Of a DNA stretch of 51,476 nt, positions 19,348 through 28,670 are shown piece by piece. Made by a program: the position numbers and the translations under genes. This stretch comes from Candidatus Binatia bacterium (GTDB taxonomy: Bacteria > Chloroflexota > Limnocylindria > QHBO01), in assembly GCA_035512895.1 (NCBI GenBank), contig DATKDB010000123.1:1-51476 (forward strand), in the 5' to 3' direction. Under the pieces are notes generated by a model that saw only the letters and a program-made list of their open reading frames with translations, did no database searches and had not been told where the DNA came from. The first letter of the stretch is position 1. Each line of letters starts with the position of its first letter.

Positions 19348-19533
19348 ATGATGACGAACGAGGTCGGGAAGCTGCTCACGGCGGCGGAGGTCGCCGAGAT
19401 GCTGCACCTGCACGTGAACACCGTCAAGCGACTTGGCGACCGTGGCGAGCTCCCGTTCTTCCGGGTCTGCAAGCGCGGCGACCGTCGCTTCCGCTACGAC
19501 GACGTGCTCGACTTCCTGCGCCGCGCGAAGTAA
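19348..19533 (+). CDS. Excisionase-family / BldC-like MerR-type HTH DNA-binding protein
   Basis: 61 aa. LLTAAEVAEMLHLHVNTVKRLGDRGELP...G.RRFRYDDV matches the small helix-turn-helix 17 (excisionase/BldC) pattern. GAGGA lies upstream. Confidence 0.75.
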   Translation: MMTNEVGKLLTAAEVAEMLHLHVNTVKRLGDRGELPFFRVCKRGDRRFRYDDVLDFLRRAK

Positions 19534-19590
19534 GCCCGAGCCATTCCATGCCTCCGGCTCGCGCCGGGGCTGCCCGCAGGGGCAATGCAG

Positions 19591-19623
19591 ACGACCGCCG
19601 AGGTGCCAATTCTCGGCGGTCGT
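19591..19623 (+). terminator. Intrinsic terminator-like hairpin downstream of the HTH gene
   Basis: Perfect 12-bp inverted repeat ACGACCGCCGAG / CTCGGCGGTCGT with a 9-nt loop. It starts 58 nt after the stop at 19533. The U-tail is weak. Confidence 0.5.
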
Positions 19624-19648
19624 TCGCTGTGCCGCATAATCGCTCCCG

Positions 19649-20818
19649 ATGGCTGACGAACCGGCGCTGCGCCTGGAAGAGGGCAGGCGACTTCTCGATT
19701 CCGGCGATCCCGACGCCGCCATGCGCATCCTCGGCTCGCTGACCGGGCATCCCGACCCGGAGCTGTCAGGCGAGGCGTGGCTCCTCATCGGCACGGCGCG
19801 CTACCGAACCGACGACGAGCCCGGCGCCCTCGCCGCCTGGCAGGCGGCCGCGCAGTCAGGCGGGACCTCGGCCTGGCTCGGATGGCGCAGCGCGGCCGAG
19901 CAGCTCGTCCGCGACGGCGATCTCGAGGCTGCCATCTCGGCGTACCGCGAGGCCGATCGACGCGCCCCGCCCCCCGAGCGCGGGGCGATCGCGAACCGCA
20001 TCGCCTGGCTCCTCAAGGAGACCGGCCACGACTTCGCCGCGCGCCGCCAGTTCAACCGCGCTCGCGGGGCGTATGCCTCGCACACCGCGTACGTGACGTA
20101 CGCGATCATCGCCATTTGCGTGGCCCTCTTCGCCGTCGACGCGCTGCTGAGCGGTGGCTCGACGCTCGGAGGCGGGTTCCTCGGCGGCAGCGTCGGGCCC
20201 CTCGGCGAGCAGAACCTGATCAACGCCTTCTACGTGGCGCGCGGCGAGTGGTGGCGCATCTTTACGAGCGCGTTCTTCCACCTCGGCCTCATCCACATCG
20301 GCTTCAACATGTACGTGCTCTACCTCTACGGGTCGATCGTCGAGCGCATGTACGGGCCGATCGAGTACGCGGCCATCTACCTGCTCTGCGCCGCCGGCGG
20401 CAGCGTCCTGACGATCCTCGTCGACCCGACCCAGTTCGCGGCCGGCGCCTCGGGCGCGATCTTCGGCATCATCGGTCTCCTCTTCGCGGTCTCGCGGCGG
20501 CACCATGCCGTCCTCGGGCGCGAAGCCCGATCGGTCATGGCCGGGATCGGCTCCTATCTCGTCTTCCTGCTCTTCTTCACGTTCCTCGTGCCCGGCATCA
20601 GCTGGACCGGGCACCTCGGCGGCATGATCGTCGGCGCCGCCCTCGGCTTCATGCTCCCGCCGACCGGGGTCGCGACGATGGGCGGCATGTGGCGGTCGCC
20701 GAGCGGCGAGCGCCTGACCGGCGCGATGCCTCGGAGCGTCCGGCTCGCCGTCTACGCGGCGGTGGCCGCCGTGCTCTTCGCCGGCACGTACGTCGCTGTC
20801 GAACGGATCATCGGATAG
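19649..20818 (+). CDS. Rhomboid family intramembrane serine protease with N-terminal TPR-like domain
   Basis: 389 aa. Rhomboid motifs FFHLGLIHIGFNM, GASGAIFGIIG (catalytic Ser) and HLGGMIVGA (catalytic His). CATAAT lies 8 nt upstream of the ATG. Confidence 0.85.
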   Translation: MADEPALRLEEGRRLLDSGDPDAAMRILGSLTGHPDPELSGEAWLLIGTARYRTDDEPGALAAWQAAAQSGGTSAWLGWRSAAEQLVRDGDLEAAISAYREADRRAPPPERGAIANRIAWLLKETGHDFAARRQFNRARGAYASHTAYVTYAIIAICVALFAVDALLSGGSTLGGGFLGGSVGPLGEQNLINAFYVARGEWWRIFTSAFFHLGLIHIGFNMYVLYLYGSIVERMYGPIEYAAIYLLCAAGGSVLTILVDPTQFAAGASGAIFGIIGLLFAVSRRHHAVLGREARSVMAGIGSYLVFLLFFTFLVPGISWTGHLGGMIVGAALGFMLPPTGVATMGGMWRSPSGERLTGAMPRSVRLAVYAAVAAVLFAGTYVAVERIIG

Positions 20819-20860
20819 CGCGATGCCCCGTGCGGCACGTGTCGTGCGATCCTATCGGGC

Positions 20861-21676
20861 ATGTGCTTCGACACCGATGCCCGACCTCCGCTGCCGCCGA
20901 TCCGCGGCGGCGCACTCGACGCCCGCGACCTGACGCTCACGAGCCGTGACGGGACGGCCTTCAGAGCGTACGCGGCCCGGGCCGAGCGACCCTCCGGCGC
21001 GGGGATCGTCGTCATACCGGACGTGCGCGGCCTGCACCCGTACTACGAGGAGCTGGCCCTGCGTTTCGCCGAGGCCGGCGTGCACGCCGTCGCCGTCGAC
21101 CTGTACGCGCGCAGCGCGGGTACCGGCAGGCGCGGCGAGGGATTCGAGCACGAGCCGCATGTGGCGCAGATCGATCCGGAGGCCGTCAATGACGACGTGG
21201 CGGCCGCGGCGGCCTTCCTGCGCACGCCTGAGGGCGGCGAGCCGGAGCGGCTGTACAGCGTCGGCTTCTGCCTCGGCGGGCGGATCAGCCTGCTCCAGGC
21301 CGCGACCGGGCTCGGGCTCGCCGGGGTGATCGGCTTCTATCCGTGGCCGACCGGGCCGCATCGCAGCGGCCTTCCCGCGCCCGCCGACGAGGCGCCGCGC
21401 TTCGGGTCTCCGGTCCTCAACCTGTACGGCGGCGCCGATGCCGGCATTCCGGTCGAGGCGCGCGAGGCCTTCGATCGCACCCTCGACGCGGCCGGCGTCG
21501 AGCATCGGTCGATCGTCTACCCCGATGCGCCGCACTCGTTCTTCGATCGCAGGGCACACGACTTCGCCGATGCGAGCGCCGATGCCTGGCGCCAGATGCT
21601 CGACTTCATGGAGGTGACCGGCGGCCAGGCCGGCGGGTCTCAGGCGGCCGGCGCGGAGTCCCCGGGCAGCGGGTAG
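20861..21676 (+). CDS. Dienelactone hydrolase family protein
   Basis: 271 aa. GIVVIPDVRGLHPYYEELALRFAEAG, nucleophile context VGFCLGG and a C-terminal YPDAPHSF His motif. Confidence 0.8.
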   Translation: MCFDTDARPPLPPIRGGALDARDLTLTSRDGTAFRAYAARAERPSGAGIVVIPDVRGLHPYYEELALRFAEAGVHAVAVDLYARSAGTGRRGEGFEHEPHVAQIDPEAVNDDVAAAAAFLRTPEGGEPERLYSVGFCLGGRISLLQAATGLGLAGVIGFYPWPTGPHRSGLPAPADEAPRFGSPVLNLYGGADAGIPVEAREAFDRTLDAAGVEHRSIVYPDAPHSFFDRRAHDFADASADAWRQMLDFMEVTGGQAGGSQAAGAESPGSG

Positions 21677-22749
21677 ACCGGGACCTCGCGCGCCCGCGCG
21701 TGGACGATGACCTCGGTCCCGATCTCGAGCGTGGCGCTCGACGAGGTTGCGGCCTCGAGCTCGACGCCCTCCGGGCTGCGCAGGACGTGGTGGACCTCCG
21801 ACCCGTGGAAGACGCGGCGCACGATGCGCAGGACGCTCTCCGGGCGTGGCGGGCTCGAGAGGCGGGCGACGGGCAGCATGTGGAGCTGTTCGGGGCGCAG
21901 GAGCACCTCGGCGCGCACGCCGTCGGCCAGCGTTCCGTTCGCCGCCCGGAAGCGGCCGGCGAGCGTCATCACCTCCCCGTGACGCACCTCGCCCCGCAGG
22001 AGGTTCGCCTCGCCGACGAAGCTCGCCACGAAGCGGTTGACCGGTCGCAGGTAGAGCTCGCTCGGCGTCGAGAGCTGCTCGATCCGTCCGGCGCGCATGA
22101 CCGCGACGCGGTCGCTGATCTCGAGCGCCTCGCCCTGGTCGTGCGTCACGAAGAGGGTCGTCGCGCCGGCGCTGCGGAGGATCTCGCGCACCTCGACGCG
22201 CAGCTGGGAGCGGAGCGTGGCGTCGAGGCTGTTGAACGGCTCGTCGAGGAGGATGAGCGCCGGATCGGGCGCCAGCGCCCGGGCGAGGGCGACGCGCTGC
22301 TGCTGGCCACCCGATAGCTCGTGGGGCATCCGGTGCTGGAGCCCGGCGAGCCCGACGAGCGCCACGAGCTCGGCGACGCGGGCGGCGCGTGACCGCCGCG
22401 GCAGGCCGAACCCGACGTTGCCGGCGACGTCGAGGTGGGGGAAGAGGGCCGACTCCTGGAAGACCATCCCGACCCGACGCTCCTCGGGCGGGAGGTGACG
22501 CCGCGGCCCGGTCATGACCCGGCCATCGATCTCGATGCCGCCGGCATCCGGTCGCTCGAAGCCGGCGACGAGCCGCAGCAGGGTCGTCTTGCCGCAGCCG
22601 GAGGGGCCGAGGACGCCAAGAAACTCGCCGCGACGAACCTCGAGCGAAACCTCCTCGACGGCGACGACCTCGCCGAAGCGCTTCGTCAGTGACAGCGTGC
22701 GCAGGGCGGGGGTCGAATCGGCGTCGGGCGTGTCTGCCATCGGCGCCAT
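21640..22749 (-). CDS. ABC transporter ATP-binding protein (Fe3+/polyamine-type, FbpC/PotA-like)
   Basis: ATG at 22749 lies 14 nt after GGAG; an alternative ATG is at 22740. Walker A GPSGCGKTT, signature LSGGQQQRVALARAL, Walker B LLDEP and a C-terminal TOBE-like domain. The remainder of ORF 21640..24321 is off-frame over the permease. Confidence 0.85.
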   Translation of the reverse strand: MAPMADTPDADSTPALRTLSLTKRFGEVVAVEEVSLEVRRGEFLGVLGPSGCGKTTLLRLVAGFERPDAGGIEIDGRVMTGPRRHLPPEERRVGMVFQESALFPHLDVAGNVGFGLPRRSRAARVAELVALVGLAGLQHRMPHELSGGQQQRVALARALAPDPALILLDEPFNSLDATLRSQLRVEVREILRSAGATTLFVTHDQGEALEISDRVAVMRAGRIEQLSTPSELYLRPVNRFVASFVGEANLLRGEVRHGEVMTLAGRFRAANGTLADGVRAEVLLRPEQLHMLPVARLSSPPRPESVLRIVRRVFHGSEVHHVLRSPEGVELEAATSSSATLEIGTEVIVHARAREVPVYPLPGDSAPAA

Positions 22750-22778
22750 TGTGACCGGTGGGCTCCAGGGCATCGCCG

Positions 22779-24389
22779 TCACCGCTCGCGCTCGAGCCGG
22801 AGCACGAACCAGAGCGACGCGGCGGCGACGAGGACCATGAGGAGGGCCGGTGGCGCGGCCCGCGCGAAGAATCCCTCGCTCGTCGCGCTCCAGATGCGCA
22901 CGGCGAGCGTGTCGAACCCGGTCGGAGCCAGGAGGATCGTCGTCGGCAGCTCCTTCATGGCGGTCAGGAAGACGAGCGCGCCGCCAGCGATCAGTCCCGG
23001 GCGGATGATCGGGAGCGTGACCTGGCGCAGCACGGCGCCGGGACGGCGGCCGAGGGTGCGCGCCACCTCCTCGATCCGCGGGCTGACCTGCAGGAGCGAG
23101 CCGCGCGTCACTCCGACCGCCTCCGGCACGAAGCGGACGAGGTACGCGACGAGCAGGAGCGGCAGGGTCTGGTAGATGCTCGGAACGTAGCGGGCAGCGA
23201 CGAAGACGAACGCCAGGCCGATGACGATGCCCGGCAGCGCGAACCCGGCGTACGTCGCGCGCTCGACCGTGGCCCCGATCACGCCCCCGTGGCGGACGGC
23301 CAGGACGGCGACCGGGATCGAGGCGAGGACGGCGAGGACCGCGGCCAGGCCCGATGCCAGCACCGAGTTGCCCGCCGCGCCCCAGACGAGGTCGATCGGC
23401 TCGCCGGCGCCGATCCCGCGGCCCAGCCAGAAGAGGATCGTCGCGACCGGCACGACGACGGCCAGCCCAACGACCGCGGCGCAGAACGCCGCGGCCGACC
23501 AGCGCCAGGCGCCGAGGCGCACGACGGACGCGCGGCGCGTCGCGCCCCCGCCCGACCGGTGGTAGCGGGCGCGGCCGCGCAGGCGCGACTCGGCGATGAG
23601 GACGCCCGCGGTGCAGGCCACGAGCATGAGCGCGAGGACGGCGGCCAGCGTCGGGTCGAAGCTGGCGCGGTACTGGACGTAGATGGCGCGCGTGAACGAG
23701 TCGAACTGCAGCAGGCTGACGGCCCCGAAGTCCGAGAGCGTGTAGAGCGCGACGAGCAGCGCGCCGCCGGTGATCGCGGGCCGCAGCTGGGGCAGCGTGG
23801 CGCCGAGGAACGTGCGCCACGGCCCGCGACCCAGGGAGCGGCTCACTTCCTCGAACGCCGGATCGATCGTGGCCAGGGCACCCCGCACGCTGAGGACGAC
23901 GTACGGGAAGCTGAACAGGGTCAGGGTGAGGGCCGCGCCGGGGAACCCGTACAGCTCGGGGAGGCGGGCGACGCCGAGCGGCTCGAGCAGTGACTGCAGG
24001 GCGCCGCGCGGACCGAAGGCAGCCACGACCGCATAGCCGCCGACGTAGCTCGGGACGACGAGCGGCAGGATGGTAAGGACCGTCCACGCGCGCCGTGCGG
24101 GCAGGTCGCTTCGCGAGGTGAGCCAGGCGATCGGCACGCCGACGAGGACCGATGCCGCCGTCACCGTCGCCGCGAGCAGCAGCGTGCGCAGTAGCACCCC
24201 GAGCGTCCGCTCGCGCAGGAGGAGCGGGATCGCGTCCTCGCTCGAACCGGCGAGCACGAGCAGGTAGCCGATCGGGAGCAGGCCCAGCAGGGCGATGAGC
24301 ACCCCCGCGCCCACGAGCCATGCCGGTGGCGCGGCGGGGCGAGCTCCCGATCGGTTTCGCGCCGCGCGCAGCGACGCCATGGTCACCAT
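22779..24389 (-). CDS. Iron(III)-type ABC transporter permease (duplicated permease domains, FbpB-like)
   Basis: 536-aa polytopic ORF with two BPD-type permease halves. It sits between the SBP and ATPase genes with 3- and 29-nt gaps. Confidence 0.85.
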   Translation of the reverse strand: MVTMASLRAARNRSGARPAAPPAWLVGAGVLIALLGLLPIGYLLVLAGSSEDAIPLLLRERTLGVLLRTLLLAATVTAASVLVGVPIAWLTSRSDLPARRAWTVLTILPLVVPSYVGGYAVVAAFGPRGALQSLLEPLGVARLPELYGFPGAALTLTLFSFPYVVLSVRGALATIDPAFEEVSRSLGRGPWRTFLGATLPQLRPAITGGALLVALYTLSDFGAVSLLQFDSFTRAIYVQYRASFDPTLAAVLALMLVACTAGVLIAESRLRGRARYHRSGGGATRRASVVRLGAWRWSAAAFCAAVVGLAVVVPVATILFWLGRGIGAGEPIDLVWGAAGNSVLASGLAAVLAVLASIPVAVLAVRHGGVIGATVERATYAGFALPGIVIGLAFVFVAARYVPSIYQTLPLLLVAYLVRFVPEAVGVTRGSLLQVSPRIEEVARTLGRRPGAVLRQVTLPIIRPGLIAGGALVFLTAMKELPTTILLAPTGFDTLAVRIWSATSEGFFARAAPPALLMVLVAAASLWFVLRLERER

Positions 24390-24392
24390 CGG

Positions 24393-25442
24393 CTAGAGGA
24401 TGCCGACCTCCTGCAGCAGCTCAAGCGTGCCCTCGAGATCCGACAGGTCGGACAGGTCGATCTCCGGCGTGCCGATCTCGTCGAGCGGCGGCAGCTTTGC
24501 GTCGGGCTCCACGCCCTCGAGGAGCGGGTACTCCTTCGTCTCGGTCGCGAAGTACGCCTGCGCGGCGGGCGAGAGCAGGTACTCGACGAACTCGCGCGCG
24601 GCCTCGTCATTCTCGGCGGTCGCCAGGATCCCGGCACCCGCGACGTTGACGAGCGCGCCGGGGTCCCCATCGGTCAGGAAGTGGTTCGCCGCCGGCACGT
24701 CTGGATCCTCGGCGAGCCGCTGCATGAGGTAGTAGTGGTTGATGAAGGCCACGTCGACCTCGCCGGCGATGACGGCGTCGAGGGCAGGGTTGTTGCCCTC
24801 GTACGGATTCGGATCGTTCGCCTCGATGCCCTCGAGCCAGTCGCGCGCGCGGTCCTCTCCCTCGATGACGCGCAGGGCCGTCACGAAGGCCTGGAACGAC
24901 CCGTTCGTCGGCGCCCAGCCGATCCGGCCCGACCACTCCGGATCGGTGAAGCCGAAGATCGAGTCGGGCAGGTCGGCCTCGCTCAGCATCTCGGTGTTGT
25001 AGACGACGACGCGTGCGCGCCCGCTGACGCCGACCCACTCGCCGGCGGGGGAGCGGAAGCGCGGGTCGACGTGCTCGAGCGTCTCGTGCGGCAGCGTGGC
25101 CAGCAGGCCGCGCGCGGCGACCGCCCCCAGCGCTCCGGCGTCCTGTGCGAAGAACACGTCGGCGGGGGAGTTCTCGCCCTCGGTCAGGAGGAGGTTCGCC
25201 ATCTCGGCGGTGTCGCCGTAGCGCGCCTCGACCTCGATACCGGTGGCCTCGGTGAACTGGTCGAGGAGCGGGCCGACGAGCTCCTCGCTCCGGCCGGAGT
25301 AGACGGTCACCGGACCCTGGTCGGAGGGCGTGACACTGGCCGATTGACCGGTCGTCGACCCGGGCGAATCGGCGGCGGGAGCGCATGCGGCCAGGGTGAG
25401 CACGGCTCCAAGGACGGGGATCGCGATCCGGGGCAGGCGCAA
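24393..25442 (-). CDS. Iron(III)-type ABC transporter substrate-binding lipoprotein (FbpA/AfuA-like)
   Basis: 349 aa with a TTG start. Lipobox LTLAACAP. Periplasmic binding-protein pattern VYSGRSEEL...FFAQDAG...GW.PTNGSFQAF. Confidence 0.8.
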   Translation of the reverse strand: MRLPRIAIPVLGAVLTLAACAPAADSPGSTTGQSASVTPSDQGPVTVYSGRSEELVGPLLDQFTEATGIEVEARYGDTAEMANLLLTEGENSPADVFFAQDAGALGAVAARGLLATLPHETLEHVDPRFRSPAGEWVGVSGRARVVVYNTEMLSEADLPDSIFGFTDPEWSGRIGWAPTNGSFQAFVTALRVIEGEDRARDWLEGIEANDPNPYEGNNPALDAVIAGEVDVAFINHYYLMQRLAEDPDVPAANHFLTDGDPGALVNVAGAGILATAENDEAAREFVEYLLSPAAQAYFATETKEYPLLEGVEPDAKLPPLDEIGTPEIDLSDLSDLEGTLELLQEVGIL

Positions 25443-25479
25443 GGAAAGGAAGCCTCGATGCGGGAATTGGATTGAACGC

Positions 25480-25499
25480 GGGTTAGGCTAGCCTAACCC
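25480..25499. promoter_or_regulatory. DtxR/IdeR-type iron-box-like palindrome upstream of the iron ABC operon
   Basis: Perfect 20-nt palindrome GGGTTAGGCTAGCCTAACCC, 38-57 nt upstream of the SBP start. It matches 15 of 19 positions of the IdeR consensus TTAGGTTAGGCTAACCTAA read on either strand. Confidence 0.55.
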
Positions 25500-25560
25500 C
25501 GGAGGTTCGTCAAAGCGAACTACCGACGATCCAGTCGGAATTAACCGGCCGGTCCTGCGC

Positions 25561-25821
25561 TCACCCGTCGGGCTCCTTCCCACCCATGCCCAGCTCCTCG
25601 GCCGTGAGGACGTGATCCGCCCAGTGATCGTGCATCCAGTCGAGGTGCTCCCAGCGCGAGTCGACGATGCGCATCGTGTCCCAGGCCGGCATCTCCTGCT
25701 GCTCGATGATCGTCATCTTCGCCGGATCCACCTCGTAGACGTGATCGAAGCGCATGACGACGTCGTCGGTGATGCGCCTCGCCTCGGGCGGCCGCTGTGC
25801 GTTCAGCCGAAAGCCGATCAT
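25561..25821 (-). CDS. Hypothetical His/Trp/Asp-rich protein (86 aa)
   Basis: ATG at 25821 forms an ATGA overlap with the FAD-oxidase stop. High GC3. WEHLDWMHDHWADH segment. No recognised domain. Confidence 0.6.
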   Translation of the reverse strand: MIGFRLNAQRPPEARRITDDVVMRFDHVYEVDPAKMTIIEQQEMPAWDTMRIVDSRWEHLDWMHDHWADHVLTAEELGMGGKEPDG

Positions 25822-27338
25822 CGGAAGACCTTCTCGTCGAGGCCGTAGGCTCGATCCAGCTCGTACTTGCCCGGGTTCATGATGTTGTTCGGGTCGAGGG
25901 CCGCCTTGATCTTCATCATCACGTCGAAGCCGCCACCCATCTCGACCGGCACGAGCTCGGCGTCGCCCTCGCGCGTCGCGCCGTGGCAGGCGGTGATCGA
26001 GCCGCCGTGGTCGAGCGCGACCTGGGCGATCTCCCGCTTGCAGGCCACCCAGTCACGCCAGTGCGCGTCGTTCATCTGCTGCTCCCAGATGCCGATGTCG
26101 ATCTCGGTCAGGTAGTCGCCCCACGGCTTGTAGGCGCCGTTCGTGTAGGCGAACATCCCCCAGTCATCGAGAATGCCCGTCTTCTCGACGTAGCGCGCGG
26201 CGATCGCGTGCCACTTCTCCATGACCGCCGGCAGCTGGCTGTAGTTGATCGAGGCGTCCTCGCAGTGCCAGCTCATCGGCACGACTTCGCCGCTGCGCAG
26301 CCGGCCGTGGAGCGGCGTGGCGTAGCGGTCGTGGCGGGAGGCCCAGTCACCGGCGCTGATCTCGTCGCCGAGGTACGTGCCGCCCGACTCGCGGCCGATG
26401 CGCAGGATCCGTTTCGCGGCTGGCTCGACCTCGTCGCGGGTCCCGTACATCGCGGTCGCCACGACCGCCTTCACGTGGTCGGGGCGCGGGATGTACGCCT
26501 CGTCGTCGCGCCGCAGGTAGCGCAGCTTCCACTCGTCGAACAGCACCACCCCACCGAGCGACGCCAGCCCGGACGTGGCGAGTGCGCCGGTCGACTCCCA
26601 GGCCGCCGTGTAGGAGGGGTAGTGGAAGAAGGCGGCGAACTCGACCTCCGGACGTGGTACGAGCTCCAGAGTGGCCTCCGTCACGATGCCCAGCGTCCCC
26701 TGGTGGCCCATGAACAGGTGCTTGAGCTGGAAGCCGGTGGACGACTTGCGAATCTTCCGCCCACCGCCGTCGCCGACCTCGATGATCTCGCCCGTCGGCA
26801 GCACCATCTGGAAGCTGATCACCAGGTCGCGCGTGTGCCCGTACCGGCCGCCGATGAGCGACCAGCCGCTCGTGCCGATGCGGCCGCCGACGAGCGAGCA
26901 CGGGTAGCTGGCCGGGTCGTCGGGATACATGACGTTGTGCTTCCGCAGCACCTCGTTGAGCTTGAGCATGTTGATGCCCGGGCCGACGGTCACCGTGCGG
27001 TCGACCAGGTCGATCTCCTTGACCTGGTTCATGAGCTTGACGTCGACGACGATGCCGCGCTTCAGCGGCAGCGCTCCGTCGTTCAGCCCGGTGCCGCCGG
27101 CGCGCGCCACGACCGGGATGCGGTGCCGGTTCGCGAGCTTCACGACCTCGCTGACCTGCTCGGCCGTTCGCGGGAGGACGGCGAGGTCGGGGATGTACTC
27201 GGCCCAGCGGTGGACCGGGAAGGGGGAGGGCACCCGGGTCCGGTTGTAACGCGCCGGCTTCGAGGTCAGCACGCCCTCGGGGCCGAGGATGGCGATCAGC
27301 TCGTCGACGACCGCGTTGGAGACGGCCGAGACGGTCAC
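25818..27338 (-). CDS. FAD-binding oxidoreductase (GlcD / FAD-linked oxidase family)
   Basis: 506 aa. FAD_binding_4-type N-terminus (P..P..V..P....QV...V..A.....PVV.RGGGT.L.G) and a FAD-oxidase C-terminal domain ending in KIKAALDPNNIMNPGK. Confidence 0.85.
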   Translation of the reverse strand: MTVSAVSNAVVDELIAILGPEGVLTSKPARYNRTRVPSPFPVHRWAEYIPDLAVLPRTAEQVSEVVKLANRHRIPVVARAGGTGLNDGALPLKRGIVVDVKLMNQVKEIDLVDRTVTVGPGINMLKLNEVLRKHNVMYPDDPASYPCSLVGGRIGTSGWSLIGGRYGHTRDLVISFQMVLPTGEIIEVGDGGGRKIRKSSTGFQLKHLFMGHQGTLGIVTEATLELVPRPEVEFAAFFHYPSYTAAWESTGALATSGLASLGGVVLFDEWKLRYLRRDDEAYIPRPDHVKAVVATAMYGTRDEVEPAAKRILRIGRESGGTYLGDEISAGDWASRHDRYATPLHGRLRSGEVVPMSWHCEDASINYSQLPAVMEKWHAIAARYVEKTGILDDWGMFAYTNGAYKPWGDYLTEIDIGIWEQQMNDAHWRDWVACKREIAQVALDHGGSITACHGATREGDAELVPVEMGGGFDVMMKIKAALDPNNIMNPGKYELDRAYGLDEKVFR

Positions 27339-28597
27339 GCCGATACCTCCTGCTGTGGTCCCGCCGCCCCGTGGATGCCGCGTGGGTCCAGGCCCGCCGA
27401 CTCGGCGACGAGCTCGAGCAGGTCGCGCACCTCCAGCCCCTGCTCGTCGCCGGCGGCGGACAGGGGCCGCTCGGACCAGACGCAGGCCGACACGAGGGTG
27501 TCAACCTCGAGCTCCATCGCCTTCGCGACGCGCCGCCGGCTGATCTCGGCGGTGATCTCCGGCTTCTCGATGCCGAGGCCGGCGCCCGCCCCGGAGCAGT
27601 ACGACCACTGGGTGACATGGTCGACGTCCTTGAAGGTCAGGCCGGGGATCGCGCGCAGGATCTCGCGCGGCGACTCGTAGATCCCCTTCCGCTTGTTGAG
27701 GCGGCAGGGGTCGTGGTAGGTCACCACGCGGTCGATCGGCCGCGTGAGCTGGATCTTCCCGTCGCGGATCAGCTCGGCGAGCAGCTCGGTGATGTAGACG
27801 ATCTCGAAGTCGTACGAGTCGCCGAAGTACTCGGGGTAGTCCTCGGTGAAGCTGATGTTGTCGTGCGGGTCGATGGCGATGATCCGTTTCGCTCCCGCGG
27901 CCCGCCAATCGGCCACGTTGTGCTCGGCGAGCTGTCGAGACACGTCCGTGTAGCCCATCTCCGCGGCCGGTCCGCCGCAGCACCACTGCTCGCGCATCAG
28001 GCCGAACTCGACGCCGGCCGCCTTCAGGACCTGCGCCGTCGAGCGGGCGACGCTCGTCCGGTAGAAGGCCGCCTCGCAGTCGACGAACAGGATCGTCTCG
28101 CCGCCGATCGGGAGATCGAGACCCTCGGCCCACTTCGCCACGTTCTCCTGGGAGACGGGCACCTCGATGACCGGCTCGTTCTTGCGGTCGATCGTCGCCT
28201 CGACCCAGCGCTTCCAGTTCGGCTGCTCGATGCCGGACTGCACGGCCAGCGCCCGCATCGCCTTGACGACCTTCACCGTCTGCGTTCGATGCCGGTAGAA
28301 GTCGCCGGTGAACAGGGTGTTCGGGCAGCGCAGCTCGCAGGCGCCGCACTGCGTGCAATGGACGTAGTCGTCGGCCACGTCGGCGACGTCCAGGTTGCCC
28401 TGCTCCATCGCCACGATGTTGGCGTGGAAGGCGGTCGGGGTGTGCTGCTCGTTGCGGGTGACCTGCATGACCGGGCAGACCTCCCTGCAGAACTTGTGAC
28501 CCGAGCTGAAGCAGCCGTAGGCGGCGTCGCGCCACTGCTCGACGAATGCGTCCTGGAGCTGGCCGTCGGACATCGGGTCATACGGGGGAGCGGTCAT
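27335..28597 (-). CDS. (Fe-S)-binding protein, GlcF/HdrD-like (4Fe-4S dicluster plus CCG domains)
   Basis: 420 aa. ATGA overlap with the downstream FAD oxidase gene. Ferredoxin motifs CREVCP and CTQCGACELRCP. Cys-rich CCG-type motifs (WCCGGP, PCRL, YCSGAG). Confidence 0.85.
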   Translation of the reverse strand: MTAPPYDPMSDGQLQDAFVEQWRDAAYGCFSSGHKFCREVCPVMQVTRNEQHTPTAFHANIVAMEQGNLDVADVADDYVHCTQCGACELRCPNTLFTGDFYRHRTQTVKVVKAMRALAVQSGIEQPNWKRWVEATIDRKNEPVIEVPVSQENVAKWAEGLDLPIGGETILFVDCEAAFYRTSVARSTAQVLKAAGVEFGLMREQWCCGGPAAEMGYTDVSRQLAEHNVADWRAAGAKRIIAIDPHDNISFTEDYPEYFGDSYDFEIVYITELLAELIRDGKIQLTRPIDRVVTYHDPCRLNKRKGIYESPREILRAIPGLTFKDVDHVTQWSYCSGAGAGLGIEKPEITAEISRRRVAKAMELEVDTLVSACVWSERPLSAAGDEQGLEVRDLLELVAESAGLDPRGIHGAAGPQQEVSA

Positions 28598-28670
28598 GCG
28601 CGCGGCACCTCGTGGGATCGGTGATGAGGGCGGCGCCGGGGCGCCGCCCTCGCATCGGTCGGTCGGTCGA

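Noticed and set aside
19348-19533. Excisionase-family HTH gene as a prophage or ICE marker
   Set aside because: No integrase or phage genes are nearby. Small BldC-like MerR-type HTH proteins are common stand-alone chromosomal regulators in high-GC Gram-positives.
25480-25499. The 20-nt palindrome as an intrinsic terminator of the upstream 86-aa gene
   Set aside because: The palindrome has no loop and no U-tract. It lies at operator distance from the iron-transporter start and matches the IdeR consensus well. A dual role cannot be excluded.
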